From: Tubiluchus corallicola
Taxonomy: Eukaryota; Animalia; Priapulida
Direction of reading: 5' to 3'
DNA length: 23,916 nt
NCBI GenBank assembly: GCA_030141605.1
Contig: JAQGDQ010000856.1
Coordinates: 63,287-87,202 of the forward strand
Numbering within the stretch: position 1 is the stretch's first letter; every line of letters starts with the position of its first letter. This document shows, piece by piece, positions 9,754 to 21,796 of this stretch. Under the pieces are notes generated by a model. That model had not been told where the DNA came from and did no database searches. It saw nothing but the letters and a program-made list of their open reading frames with translations. A program made the translations under genes and the position numbers.

Positions 9754-10004
9754 CCGCACGCGCGCCGTTTGCCAGTATTGACAAGTATTTAGGACTGGTC
9801 TTGAGAATAAAGCAGTTTTTCTTTCAATTGTTCTTTCCTTTTACAACTGTATAACTCCATATTTTATCTTCGAAAATGCTTCTCCGGCGTTCTAGCAGTT
9901 CAAAAATTTTCTGGGCGCCAACCATGGGGGTCCCCCCCCCCCCCCCCGTGAGGGCCTTACACGCCCCACTTCCCCGGGCCTCGCTTAGGCTGAAATAAGC
10001 CCTG
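9362..10004. mobile_element. hAT-type MITE carrying a long (CT)n tract
   Basis: TIRs CAGTGCCTATTTCAG / CTGAAATAAGCCCTG (13/15). 8-bp TSD AATGTGTG (9354-9361) / AATGTGCG (10005-10012). Subterminal GGGCCTC-type motifs near both ends. Confidence 0.85.
9474..9751. repeat. (CT)n microsatellite, ~280 bp
   Basis: Nearly pure polypyrimidine dinucleotide tract. Confidence 0.98.
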
Positions 10005-11552
10005 AATGTGCGCTTGCATAGCAAAATCGTCCATAAGACGACAATTAAGCTTTTCTAGTCATTCACACAATCGTGAAACTCCATTTCGTGAGGATCATTT
10101 TGATACCAAGTTCATCACTCTGTGTTATTCCTAAGTTGAGATAATCCACGTTGAAGTTGAGGTGCTGGCTGCACACTGAAAACACAACCTTAAGAAAATT
10201 GCTTTTAAAGTCAGCCATGTTTTTGTCGCGTTTGTACAAACACTTAGCAACCGTACAAAAGTGTGGTTGTTACGGACTTTACAAGAGCAAATTGAAGTTA
10301 AGTTTAAATCCAGTAGATGGCTCTTCCTGACGAAGATCTGGTCTTGTCAACAGAAAAAACCCGAAGCAAAATGGCTGCTTCCACGAGCAACAATCGGAGT
10401 TAGAAAAAACAAGTTTTCTTACAACTGCAGTACTAGTTTCTAGATGGAAAAGTGAGTATGGAGTTATAAAATTAGATTTTTAGTATTTTTTAGACATTTT
10501 CCTGGTAATTTGATGCTGAAAGTCCAATATATTTAGCATTTGTTTTCATAAAAAAGAAAAAATAGACATTTGACAAAATTTTTGGTGTTTTCTACTTTTT
10601 AGCATCATAACGTAGTTTTAACTATAACGACTTATAGACGGTTTTGGTTTTCAAGCATACTATTCCTTTCCATCTCATTCCATTCCATTCCATTCCGTTC
10701 CATGAATCTCAATTCGTTTTTGTGAAATTGCGTGCATAATTTATTGTTACATTTTCTTGGCACAGAGCCAAAACATTTAGCTAGTATTGTTCTCCAGGTC
10801 ATATCGTTGCTTTATTCTACGCGAATTATCTGAACAGATTTGGCTTCATTAAGTTTTAATTAAGCAATTCATTAATTACCCGTGTAGCACTGTGCAATAG
10901 TCCTATGTAGAGTCAATCAATTATTCATGTGTTTTTCATGACCTGATAAGCTGCAATGACGTAAGTTCGCTAAGATTATGTAATGTAATGTTACTGTAGC
11001 CATTAGCTGATAAGCCAGGCGTATTGTTTTAATGTGTTGCAGTGCTGTGTACTAAGCATAGACGTGACGCTGGGTAATCATTACATTTTGTACTATGCAA
11101 AAATGTCTTAGGTTTTTGTGCTTCGAGGAAAAATGTGCTAATAGTGTAAAAATAGCATGAATGCTTCTACGACATTGTAATTCCAAAGTTTCTGGGTTAT
11201 GGAAACGGTTTTATTTATTAGCAGTTCACGGCAAGAAGACAACAGATTGTGTCGAGACATTAGCTACTTCGCGTCGAGGACGTTTCTTTGCTATTAGTTC
11301 ACGAGAATTTTAGCTTTTGTATCCCGAAATCTGTTTTATATGCAACGAGGTAGACAAGTCTGCTTCGTCTTAAACAGAATGTGAGACGTGGCTTCTCCAG
11401 CTCGTGAAACATCCAATTTTGGTTCCAGATTAGGGTGAAGGTTAAATAAGAGCTGCATTCTAGAATTTTGTCGCTTTGTGGTCTTGTTGTAAACCCCTTC
11501 TCTTTCTTTGTCATTGTTGCTGTTGGTTTACATTGATATTCCGTGTTTACTT

Positions 11553-12924
11553 TGTATTATGTGTTATGTCTGTAGTTATCGCGTTAACATCTCAGATTGG
11601 GCAGTCAGTGTATTATGTGTTATGTCTGTAGTTGTCACTTTAAACATCTTAGGTTGGGCAGTCAGTGTATTATGTGTTATGTCTGTAGTTATCACTTTAA
11701 CATCTAAGGTTGGGCAGTCAATGTATTATGTGTTATGTCTATAGTTATCACTTTAACATCTAAGGTTGGGCAGTCAATTTATTATGTGTTATGTCTGTAG
11801 TTATCACTTTAACATCTAAGGTTGGGCAGTAAATGTGTTATGTCTGTAGTTATCACTTTAACATCTAAGGTTGGGCAGTCAATGTGTTATGTCTGTAGTT
11901 ATCACTTTAACATCTAAGGTTGGCCAGTCGATGTATTATGTGTTATGTCTATAGTTATCACTTTAACATCTAAGGTTGGGCATTCAATGTGTTATGTCTG
12001 TAGTTATCACTTTAACATCTAAGGTTGGGCATTCAATGTGTTATGTGTGTAGTTATCACTTTAACATCTAAGGTTGGGCAGTAAATGTGTTATGTCTGTA
12101 GTTATCACTTTAACATCTAAGGTTGGGCAGTCAATGTGTTATGTCTGTAGTTATCACTTTAACATCTAAGGTTGGGCAGTAAATGTGTTATGTCTGTAGT
12201 TATCACTTTAACATCTAAGGTTGGGCAGTCAATGTGTTATGTCTGTAGTTATCACTTTAACATCTAAGGTTGGGCAGTCACTGTATTATGTGTTATGTCT
12301 GTAGTTATAACTTTAACATCTAAGGTTGGGCATTCAATGTGTTATGTCTGTAGTTATCACTTTAACATCTAAGGTTGGGCATTCAATGTGTTATGTCTGT
12401 AGTTATCACTTTAACATCTAAGGTTGGGCAGTAAATGTGTTATGTCTGTAGTTATCACTTTAACATCTAAGGTTGGGCAGTCAATGTGTTATGTCTGCAG
12501 TTATCACTTTAACATCTAAGGTTGGGCATTCAATGTGTTATGTCTGTAGTTATCACTTTAACATCTAAGGTTGGGCAGTCAATGTATTATGTGTTATGTC
12601 TGTAGTTATCAGTTTAACATCTAAAGTTGGGCAGTCAATGTATTACGTGTTATGTTTGTCGTTATCACTTTAACATCTAAGGTTGGGCAGTCAATGTATT
12701 ATGTGTTATGTCTGTAGTTATCACTTTAACATCTAAAGTTGGGCAGTCAATGTATTATGTGTTATGTCTGTAGTTATCAGTTTAACATCTAAAGTTGGGC
12801 AGTCAATGAATTATGTGTGGTATGTCTGTAGTTGTCACTTTAATATCTAAAGTTGGGCAGTCAATGTATTATGTGTTATGTCTGTAGTTATCACTTTAAC
12901 ATCTAAAGTTGGGCAGTCAATGTG
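11553..12924. repeat. 49/56-bp minisatellite, ~26 units
   Basis: Unit TGTGTTATGTCTGTAGTTATCACTTTAACATCTAAGGTTGGGCAGTCAA, with or without an extra TGTATTA. Confidence 0.97.
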
Positions 12925-13094
12925 AATGTGTCCACCACCATGAGAATTTGAAAACAGTGAGTAGGGACCGAATTCTGAATCTTTTGAGTTTAGCTAATTT
13001 GCGTGTGTAACGCGATATCCGTCTTTAACTTCTAGTAGAATGCAACATCTGGTTGTAGGTCTGCGTCAAATGTGGACGGTAGCTTCCTAAAACG

Positions 13095-14730
13095 TAAAAT
13101 GTGGCTTCATCTACTACTAGAACATGAAACCAGATTTCTTCTACAGGTAGAACATGAACTAAGGTTTCATTTAGTATACCAGGTAGAACTCAGGTTTCGT
13201 CTACAGGTAGAACATAAAATCAGGCTTCATCAACAGGTAGAACATAAAATCAGGCTTCATCTACAGGTAGAACATAAAATCAGGCTTTAGCTACAGGTAA
13301 GCATAAAATCAGGCTTCACCTACAGGAAAGCATAAAATCAGGCTTCATCTACAGGTAGAACATAAAAGCAGGCTTCATCTACAGGTAGAACATAAAATCA
13401 GGCTTCAGCTACAGGTAGAACATAAAATCAGGTTTCATCTACAGGTAGAACATAAAATCAGGCTTCATCTACAGGTAGAACATAAAATCAGGCTTCATCT
13501 ACAGGTATAACATAAAATCAGGCTTCATCAGCAAGCAAAACATAAAATCAGGCTTTAGCTACAGGTAAGCATAAAATCAGGCTTCACCTACAGGTAAGCA
13601 TAAAATCAGGCTTCACCTACAGGAAAGCATAAAATCAGGCTTCATCTACAGGTAGAACATAAAAGCAGGCTTCATCTACAGGTAGAACATAAAATCAGGC
13701 TTCATCTACAGGTAGAACATAAAATCAGGCTTCATCTACAGGTATAACATAAAATCAGGCTTCATCAGCAAGCAAAACATAAAATCAGGCTTTAGCTACA
13801 GGTAAGCATAAAATCAGGCTTCACCTACAGGTAAGCACATAAAATCGTGAGTCATCTACAGGTAGAACATAAAAGCAGGCTTCATCTACAGGTAGAACAT
13901 AAAATCAGGCTTCATCAACAGGTAGAACATAAAATCAGGCTTCATCTACAGGTAGAACATAAAATCAGGCTTTAGCTACAGGTAAGCATAAAATCAGGCT
14001 TCACCTATAGGAAAGCATAAAATCAGGCTTCATCTACAGGTAGAACATAAAAGCAGGCTTCATCTACAGGTAGAACATAAAATCAGGCTTCATCTACAGG
14101 TAGAACATAAAATCAGGCTTCATCTACAGGTATAACATAAAATCAGGCTTCATCAGCAGCAAAACATAAAATCAGGCTTTAGCTACAGGTAAGCATAAAA
14201 TCAGGCTTCACCTACAGGTAAGCATAAAATCAGGCTTCACCTACAGGTAAGCATAAAATCAGGCTTCACCTACAGGTAAGCATAAAATCAGGCTTCACCT
14301 ACAGGTAAACATAAAATCAGGCTTCCCCTACAAGTAAGCATAAAATCAGGCTTCACCTACAGGTAAATATAAAATCAGGCTTCACCTACAGGTAAACATA
14401 AAATCAGGCTTCACCTACAGGTAAACATAAAATCAGGCTTCACCTACAGGTAAACATAAAATCAGGCTTCAGCTACAGGTAAAACGTAAATTTAAGCTTC
14501 TTCTAATAAGTAACTCAAAAACCTGGTTTCATCTACAGCTAGAACATAAAATCAGGTTTAGTTTACAGGTAGAACATGAAATCAAGTTTCATCTGCAGGT
14601 AAAATGCAAAATCAGGCTTCATTTACAGGCAGAACACAAATCAGGCTTCATCTGCAAGCAGAACACAAATCAGGCTTCATCTACAGGTAAATTGTAAATC
14701 AAGTTTCTTCTACAAGTAGAACAGGAACAC
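13095..14730. repeat. 29/30-bp minisatellite, ~55 units
   Basis: Unit CTACAGGTAGAACATAAAATCAGGCTTCAT. Degenerate at both edges and homogeneous centrally. Confidence 0.97.
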
Positions 14731-15790
14731 CAGTTTTACCTTACCATCAATTTTTCACTGCAGCCAGTGCAGTATTTATATCTTTGAGTAATGAATTCTT
14801 TATAGTAGGTTAGGCTGCTGTCCTACCACTGTTCTAGGAGACCCCAATTCGCAAACTGTCCAACATGAGATCTAAAACTTTCATAGTAAAATTTCCAGTT
14901 TGGCTTCATTTGTAAAATGGCTTCATCAGAAATTTCATCAGTGAAAGTCTCACATTTCTATCTGTACACGCCTATAGCTATATTCGAGGTACTACAGCTA
15001 AATAATATAGGTATGTTCGCTGTTGCGAAAGTTTAGCAACACTTAGCCTGGTTAATAAGTGGAATGCTGATTGCCACGAAATCTGCTTCTGATCGTGTTC
15101 TTGTACCGTGCTGCCCCCTGGCTTCTCTCGTTGTGGGGGATGTGCACAAACGAATGTGAGTTGTAAGAGCTGCGTCAGTTTGTGATTAATTAATGTTTAG
15201 AGCAGGTGTTGCCAGAATACATTTTCTTTTTACTCTGAAGCAGACATTTCATTACTAATCGTCAATCAGATTACTCGGATGTGTTCTATTGTGTAAGCAA
15301 CTATTATAATACTCAACTGAGGAAAACGCAATTGGAACTTAACAAAAAAAAAACTGTTTGTGACATGTTAGCAAAGCTGAACTTGAAGAAAAAACCGTCT
15401 CAATCCTTTCTCATACTGCAACAAGAAACAGCTAGGTGCCGTGTGTTAACAAGAATAATGTGCCTGTATCGTCACTCTAATACAGATCAGTTTAAACGTT
15501 TAGAAAGATACGTCGAAAATTGACAATTCACAGTGTAAAGTAGTGGAATTAGTTCTTGTATAAAAGCGACATTAACAGCTCAAATTGTTACGACAACTGA
15601 CAAAAACATGTCACAATTTAACACGTGACTCTGCAAAAGCTGTTATTGGTAAATGAATGTTACATCAGTGAGTTAAGTGATGCAATGCAAATTATTGTAT
15701 CAGTATGTCTGTAACAATGGCTACTGTTCCATAAATTAGTGAAAATCGTGATGTGAAACAAACTGGAGGCGTGTAAAGGATCACATTGAC

Positions 15791-17560
15791 ATGTATATAG
15801 CAATCACTGGAATATTAATCATTTATGTTGTTGGAGTCGGTACTATGGTACCAGGGGAAGATCCAGAACACATCGGATGCTTCTGGTATTCGGTTGCAGT
15901 CAACCAATGGGAGTCTGTCTGTTACGATGCGCCATTCACAGCGCTAAACATCAGTGCTGTCCCACCAGAGGCAACTACTGCAATAACACAGGGCAACAAC
16001 GTGAGGGTGGTGACCCAGGACACGTTCTACAACACCACCCTGCCAAATCTTCGTCAACTGATATTGCGTAACAACAACATCAGCATAATCGAAGACCGGA
16101 CGTTTGCCAACTTCACGGAATTGGCCGTGTTGGATTTGTCTTATAATCGCTTGCTGGTCATCAACAGTCGCATTTTGTACGGACTGCAAAACTTGCGCAT
16201 CCTAAAGCTGGACCATAACAAGATCTATTTCGTCCGAGCGACGACGTTCGACATATTTCCGAAACTCGATCACCTAGATTTGGCCTACAACGAAATCCAA
16301 AGACTTCCCACGGACCTTTTCACTGGAGTGATACCACTGAAATTTCTATCATTCGCTTACAATGGCATCTCCCGTCTTCCGAACGAACTTTTCTTGCCAG
16401 CACAACTGCTTCAGGTGTTAGATGTTTCTGGCAACCCTTTAACTGAGGTGCAATCAAGTTTGGCATCATTGCGTACGTTAACTAGCCTTTCTATCCAGGA
16501 CACACCCATCACTAAGGTGCCCTTATTAGCAACCCTCAAAACACTCGACTTATCAAACACCAGCATCTCGAGTTTGACAGACCTAGTGAGTTTCCACAAT
16601 GGTAGTTCCGTCGAATGGCTAGATATCTCCGACAACAGTTTCTACTGTGATTGCGATGCGTTTAATAAGTTGAAGAAAATGGTGATAGAAATTCATGTTG
16701 AGCTAAAGAACTCCCACTGCAGAGGTATAACGACAAAAACAGTTGAGGAACTGCTGGGTGTACCTTGCCCGTATGAAGAATCTTCATTTGTAATACCTTC
16801 AATACCATCCAGAAATCGAACTGTACCAGCACCTCTTGAGACTTGCAGATTTCTGGACATGCGTGGTCAGTGCTACAGCAGAAGTAAATTTTATATAGTT
16901 GTTGGTTGCACAGCATGTGTACTGTTACTTATTCTAATAGCATTGTTTACCCTGTTCTGTGAATGCTGCCCAGTGCATATCAGAGGGATTCGGCCGAGAG
17001 CCGAAGGAATATATGTAGTGAACAAGCCAGGAGATGTGATGCTGCAACATTGTGCAGCAACACAAACTCCTAAAGCACGCTATTCGTGGCTGCATTCGAC
17101 ATACGCGGGTAGACTGCATGCTACTTTTAAAAAAATGAACAACGACAGCGAAAGTGCTTTCTATGCCGCGGCGGCAAACCATGTTCATCCGGGTAAAATT
17201 CCGGTTGGAAACGGTCGGGCTAACTTCCGAAAACAGAGATATTCAAAGTGGGAACAGGAAAATGCAACCTGGCCCTGCGAGGAATTGTCCAGGACCATGC
17301 AAGAAGAATGGTATCCCGAGGAACAATCAAAAGCTTACTCAGAGGGAAATACTCCAAGGGAACACGCAAGCACGAGTTCGATTCCCCGATTTCGTGGCTT
17401 GTCGGAGAGTTCAGACTTCCCCGGTAAAAGTTTCAAGAGTGTAACCTTCCAAGATCAAGAAGTGGATACCGCGAGCATAGTAAATGAAATGCTAGAGTCA
17501 GACGGTGGTCTTGACAATGACGTGTTTGTTATAGACATTGAAGATGTGAAGTGTCAATAA
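15791..17560 (+). CDS. Single-pass type I transmembrane leucine-rich repeat protein (589 aa, intronless ORF)
   Basis: Hydrophobic N-terminal signal, Cys-containing N-cap, ~9-10 LxxLxLxxNx(I/L) repeats of mostly 24 aa, LRRCT (NSFYCDC...C...C), TM segment FYIVVGCTACVLLLILIALFTLF, and a ~200-aa low-complexity/acidic tail. Downstream AATAAA at ~17698 and ~18076. Confidence 0.92.
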   Translation: MYIAITGILIIYVVGVGTMVPGEDPEHIGCFWYSVAVNQWESVCYDAPFTALNISAVPPEATTAITQGNNVRVVTQDTFYNTTLPNLRQLILRNNNISIIEDRTFANFTELAVLDLSYNRLLVINSRILYGLQNLRILKLDHNKIYFVRATTFDIFPKLDHLDLAYNEIQRLPTDLFTGVIPLKFLSFAYNGISRLPNELFLPAQLLQVLDVSGNPLTEVQSSLASLRTLTSLSIQDTPITKVPLLATLKTLDLSNTSISSLTDLVSFHNGSSVEWLDISDNSFYCDCDAFNKLKKMVIEIHVELKNSHCRGITTKTVEELLGVPCPYEESSFVIPSIPSRNRTVPAPLETCRFLDMRGQCYSRSKFYIVVGCTACVLLLILIALFTLFCECCPVHIRGIRPRAEGIYVVNKPGDVMLQHCAATQTPKARYSWLHSTYAGRLHATFKKMNNDSESAFYAAAANHVHPGKIPVGNGRANFRKQRYSKWEQENATWPCEELSRTMQEEWYPEEQSKAYSEGNTPREHASTSSIPRFRGLSESSDFPGKSFKSVTFQDQEVDTASIVNEMLESDGGLDNDVFVIDIEDVKCQ

Positions 17561-18437
17561 GGAACACTAAGTTTTAGTCACTGCAAATATAGTGAACAGA
17601 ATGTGGAGTTCGAACTTTGGCATCGTGGTTTTCACTGACGTCGAAGATATGAAGTTTTAACGAAGAAAAATGAGGACTGGTCACAGCGAGTGTAATGAAT
17701 AAAACACCAGAACGAGATCTTGGTATTGATAATAATGATTCTAAATTTTTCAAAGAATGTCGTGAAGCTCACGATTTCTTTATGCTATTTTTTATTAGTT
17801 CTCAATTATCATCATTAGTCATATTATTACATTCTCTTGTTAAAACATTAAAAATCCCACACAAGAAATTTCAGCAACAAAATAAGTCTATTTCTTTATA
17901 TACAGTCTAAACTTTCATCCTTGAACTAGTATGCACAACATTTACCTTCATTGAATTGCTGGCTTCCTTGCTTCATGGAAAAAACTTTCCTGGTCAGTTG
18001 GCTTTCAGAGATCATTGAGTAAGCATGTGACTTAAGGTGAGAGAGCAATGTATAGTGTTATTAATGATTTATATAAATAAAGCTCACCTGTATTCTACTT
18101 GAATTCTACCTGTATTCTGATGTCTTAGCAATTACCTTCAGAACTTCTTCATAAAGAACAAGTGAAGATGTTTTGACAGTACGAATCTTGAGGATCAGGA
18201 ATAAATAAATTGGCAAGCTTAACAGTGATCTTAGCCATGTGACCTTTGTGCTTTGGTTGCCTTAGGGGTTTTGAGACCCTTAGGTCTAATGGGGTTTAAG
18301 TACATGCTCAACCCAGAGCGTGTTAAATGTGAGATAGACGGTTGTTTCATTGGGATATGTGGCATTTTTTCAGCTTGGACTAATGTAGTAACTGTGTGTT
18401 TTACATACAAAATGTTGATGCTTTCATTGTTATAGGT

Positions 18438-18545
18438 CAGCGCTATTCAACCTGGGTGGACAGTCCACCTTATAGTGGACGAGATTAAGTGAGGGGTGGA
18501 CAGCTGTCTGGGGGTGGACTACTGGGTGGACAGTCCACCTTATAA
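18438..18545. mobile_element. Probable terminus of a hAT-like DNA transposon
   Basis: Starts CAGCGCTATTCAACCTGGG (hAT/Charlie-like TIR form), followed by repeated GGTGGAC motifs and two GGTGGAC-A-GTCCACC palindromes. The partner TIR was not found in the window. Confidence 0.5.
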
Positions 18546-18569
18546 AATAATTATATAAGTGTAAAATTG

Positions 18570-20783
18570 ATGATTGTTGAATATTAAAAAACACTGAGTC
18601 GTGTACTTGTCACGCCAAATAACTCTCATTCTACAATGATGATAACGACTCATGATTGTTGAATATTAAAAAACACTGAGTCGTGCACTTGTCATAGCAA
18701 ATAACTCTCATTCTACAATGACGATAACGACTCATGATTGTTGAATATTAAAAAACACTGAGTCGTGTACTTGTCATACCAAATAACTCTCATTCTACAA
18801 TGACGATAATGACTCATGATTGTTGAATATTAAAAAACACTGAGTCGTGTACTTGTCATACCAAATAACTCTCATTCTACAATGATGATAACGACTCATG
18901 ATTGTTGAATATTAAAAAACACTGAGTCGTGTACTTGTCATAGCAAATAACTCTCATTCTACAATGACGATAACGACTCATGATTGTTGAATATTAAAAA
19001 ACACTGAGTCATGTATTTGTCACACCAAATAACTCTCATTCTACAATGATGATAACGACTCATGATTGTTGAATATTAAAAAACACTGAGTCGTGTACTC
19101 GTCATACCAAATAACTCTCATTCTACAATGATGATAACGACTCATGATTGTTGAATATTAAAAAACACTGAGTCGTGCACTTGTCACACCAAATAACTCT
19201 CATTCTACAATGATGATAACGACTCATGATTGTTGAATATTAAAAAACACTGAGTCATGTACTTGTCACACCAAATAACTCTCATTCTACAATGACGATA
19301 ACGACTCATGATTGTTGAATATTAAAAAAACACTGAGTCATGTACTTGTCATAGCAAATAACTCTCATTCTACAATGACGATAACGACTCATGATTGTTG
19401 AATATTAAAAAACACTGAGTCATGTACTCGTCATACCAAATAACTCTCATTCTACAATGATGATAACGACTCATGATTGTTGAATATTAAAAAACACCGA
19501 GTCGTGTACTTGTCATACCAAATAACTCTCATTCTACAATGACGATAACGACTCATGATTGTTGAATATTAAAAAACACTGAGTCGTGTACTTGTCACAC
19601 CAAATAACTCTCATTCTACAATGACGATAACGACTCATGATTGTTGAATATTAAAAAACACCGAGTCGTGTACTTGTCATACCAAATAACTCTCATTCTA
19701 CAATGACGATAACGACTCATGATTGTTGAATATTAAAAAACACTGAGTCGTGTACTTGTCACACCAAATAACTCTCATTCTACAATGACGATAACGACTC
19801 ATGATTGTTGAATATTAAAAAACACTGAGTCGTGTACTTGTCATACCAAATAACTCTCATTCTACAATGATGATAACGACTCATGATTGTTGAATATTAA
19901 AAAACACTGAGTCGTGTACTTGTCACACCAAATAACTCTCATTCTACAATGACGATAACGACTCATGATTGTTGAATATTAAAAAACACTGAGTCGTGTA
20001 CTTGTCATACCAAATAACTCTCATTCTACAATGACGATAACGACTCATGATTGTTGTATATTAAAAAACACTGAGTCATGTACTTGTCATACCAAATAAC
20101 TCTCATTCTACAATGACGATAACGACTCATGATTGTTGAATATTAAAAAAGCACTGAGTCGTGTACTTGTCATACCAAATAACTCTCATTCTACAATGAT
20201 GATAACGACTCATGATTGTTGAATATTAAAAAACACTGAGTCGTACTTGTCATACCAAATAACTCTCATTCTACAATGATGATAACGACTCATGATTGTT
20301 GAATATTAAAAAACACTGAGTCGTGTACTTGTCATACCAAATAACTCTCATTCTACAATGATGATAACGACTCATGATTGTTGAATATTAAAAAACACTG
20401 AGTCGTGTACTCGTCATACCAAATAACTCTCATTCTACAATGATGATAACGACTCATGATTGTTGAATATTAAAAAAACACTGAGTCGTGTACTTGTCAC
20501 ACCAAATAACTCTCATTCTACAATGACGATAACGATTCATGATTGTTGAATATTAAAAAACACTGAGTCGTGCACTTGTCATACCAAATAACTCTCATAC
20601 TACAATGACGATAATGACTCATGATTGTTGAATATTAAAAAACACTGAGTCATGTACTCGTCATACCAAATAACTCTCATTCTACAATGATGATAACGAC
20701 TCATGATTGTTGAATATTAAAAAACACTGAGTCGTGTACTCGTCATAGCAAAAAACTCTCATACTACAATGACGATAACGATT
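18570..20783. repeat. 82-bp tandem satellite, ~27 units
   Basis: Unit ATGATTGTTGAATATTAAAAAACACTGAGTCGTGTACTTGTCATACCAAATAACTCTCATTCTACAATGACGATAACGACTC, highly homogeneous. Confidence 0.98.
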
Positions 20784-21419
20784 ACTGAAACTTCCTCCTT
20801 TGAATTTTTAATAGCTAAGAGAAAGCTTAAACCGCTGGCATGTGTAAATCGGTCAAGAAATGCTGGTTTTAAAACACTGTCACTTTTAAACATGAATTTC
20901 ATTTGCACAGCCCTAGGAATGAATAGGATATTTATCGCACAAAATATTTCCAATTTTAATAACACTGCTTCTAATAATCGTGACACATCTGCTCATTGTA
21001 ACAAATATTGATGAATTACTCGTGGAAAACCAACAGAAACACTTCTCGGTGGTAAGTTTAGATCACACTGGAATACAGAGGCCATCAAATGCAGACAGTG
21101 TGCTGAAGTGGTGCTGACAAGCCACTGGCGTAGCAGTGTCTAGTTTCTTTTGCTGGATTACTGCTGCGTTTACCTGTCTGAAGGCAGATTTCTTTTATTT
21201 TACAATTCTGCCTGCCCAATGTCTACAATAGACGTGACGGGCGTATGATGATGATATGATGAGTGTACGGCCTAATGAAACTTATAAAGCTCACAACAAA
21301 TTATGCTGTTGTAGCAATTACATGTACAGATATTAGGCTGAACAGATATTTAAGTAAGTATCAGTGAGTAATCAAAAGTTCTATCAGTATCCATCCTCAC
21401 AGTGGTGGCAAAACAGTCC

Positions 21420-21796
21420 AGGTATCTTAATCGAGTTATCTTAATTTTACATACTATTAACAAATAATTGTCTTTCTATCTTTTATATCATCTTATATAT
21501 GAGCTTTATTCATTACATCATTCCATTTTAAGCACTAATGTTTTTTATCACGATTCACTTTAAATTTTCAGATTATCTCCATTACTTTTTTTTCTATCAC
21601 TGTGTGGGACAATCTAACAAGCCCTGCTTTATGATTGCCCGCAAAACATTTACCTTCGTGTATAAGTGAACAGTGTTTGAGGCTTTTCCTGTGCAGTATT
21701 TCTTATTTGTATTATGTCCATTGTAGGCCCTTTCACTAGATATTGTATATGTAACCATTGTAAATGTGTAAGGTGAAATAAATGACTTATGACTTA
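21420..21796 (+). mobile_element. Possible decayed LINE 3' UTR
   Basis: T-rich tract ending GAAATAAA followed by the short tandem TGACTTA-TGACTTA, a typical LINE 3' end layout. No coding remnant recognised. Confidence 0.25.

Noticed and set aside
9290-9792. SL- and ER-repeat ORFs
   Set aside because: They are translations of the (CT)n tract.
10328-10358. Hammerhead-like CTGACGA...GAAA
   Set aside because: The required stem II abutting GAAA and stems I and III could not be formed.
13072-13290. Decapeptide-repeat ORF (RLHLQVEHKI)n
   Set aside because: It comes from the 30-bp unit; the array contains stops and frameshifting 29-bp units.
15877-17444. Alternative-frame and antisense ORFs within the LRR gene
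   Set aside because: They are shadows of the main ORF with no recognisable domains.
18570-20783. CRISPR-like array (regular period, palindromic repeat)
   Set aside because: The units are near-identical along their whole length with no unique spacers, there are no cas genes, and the context is eukaryotic.
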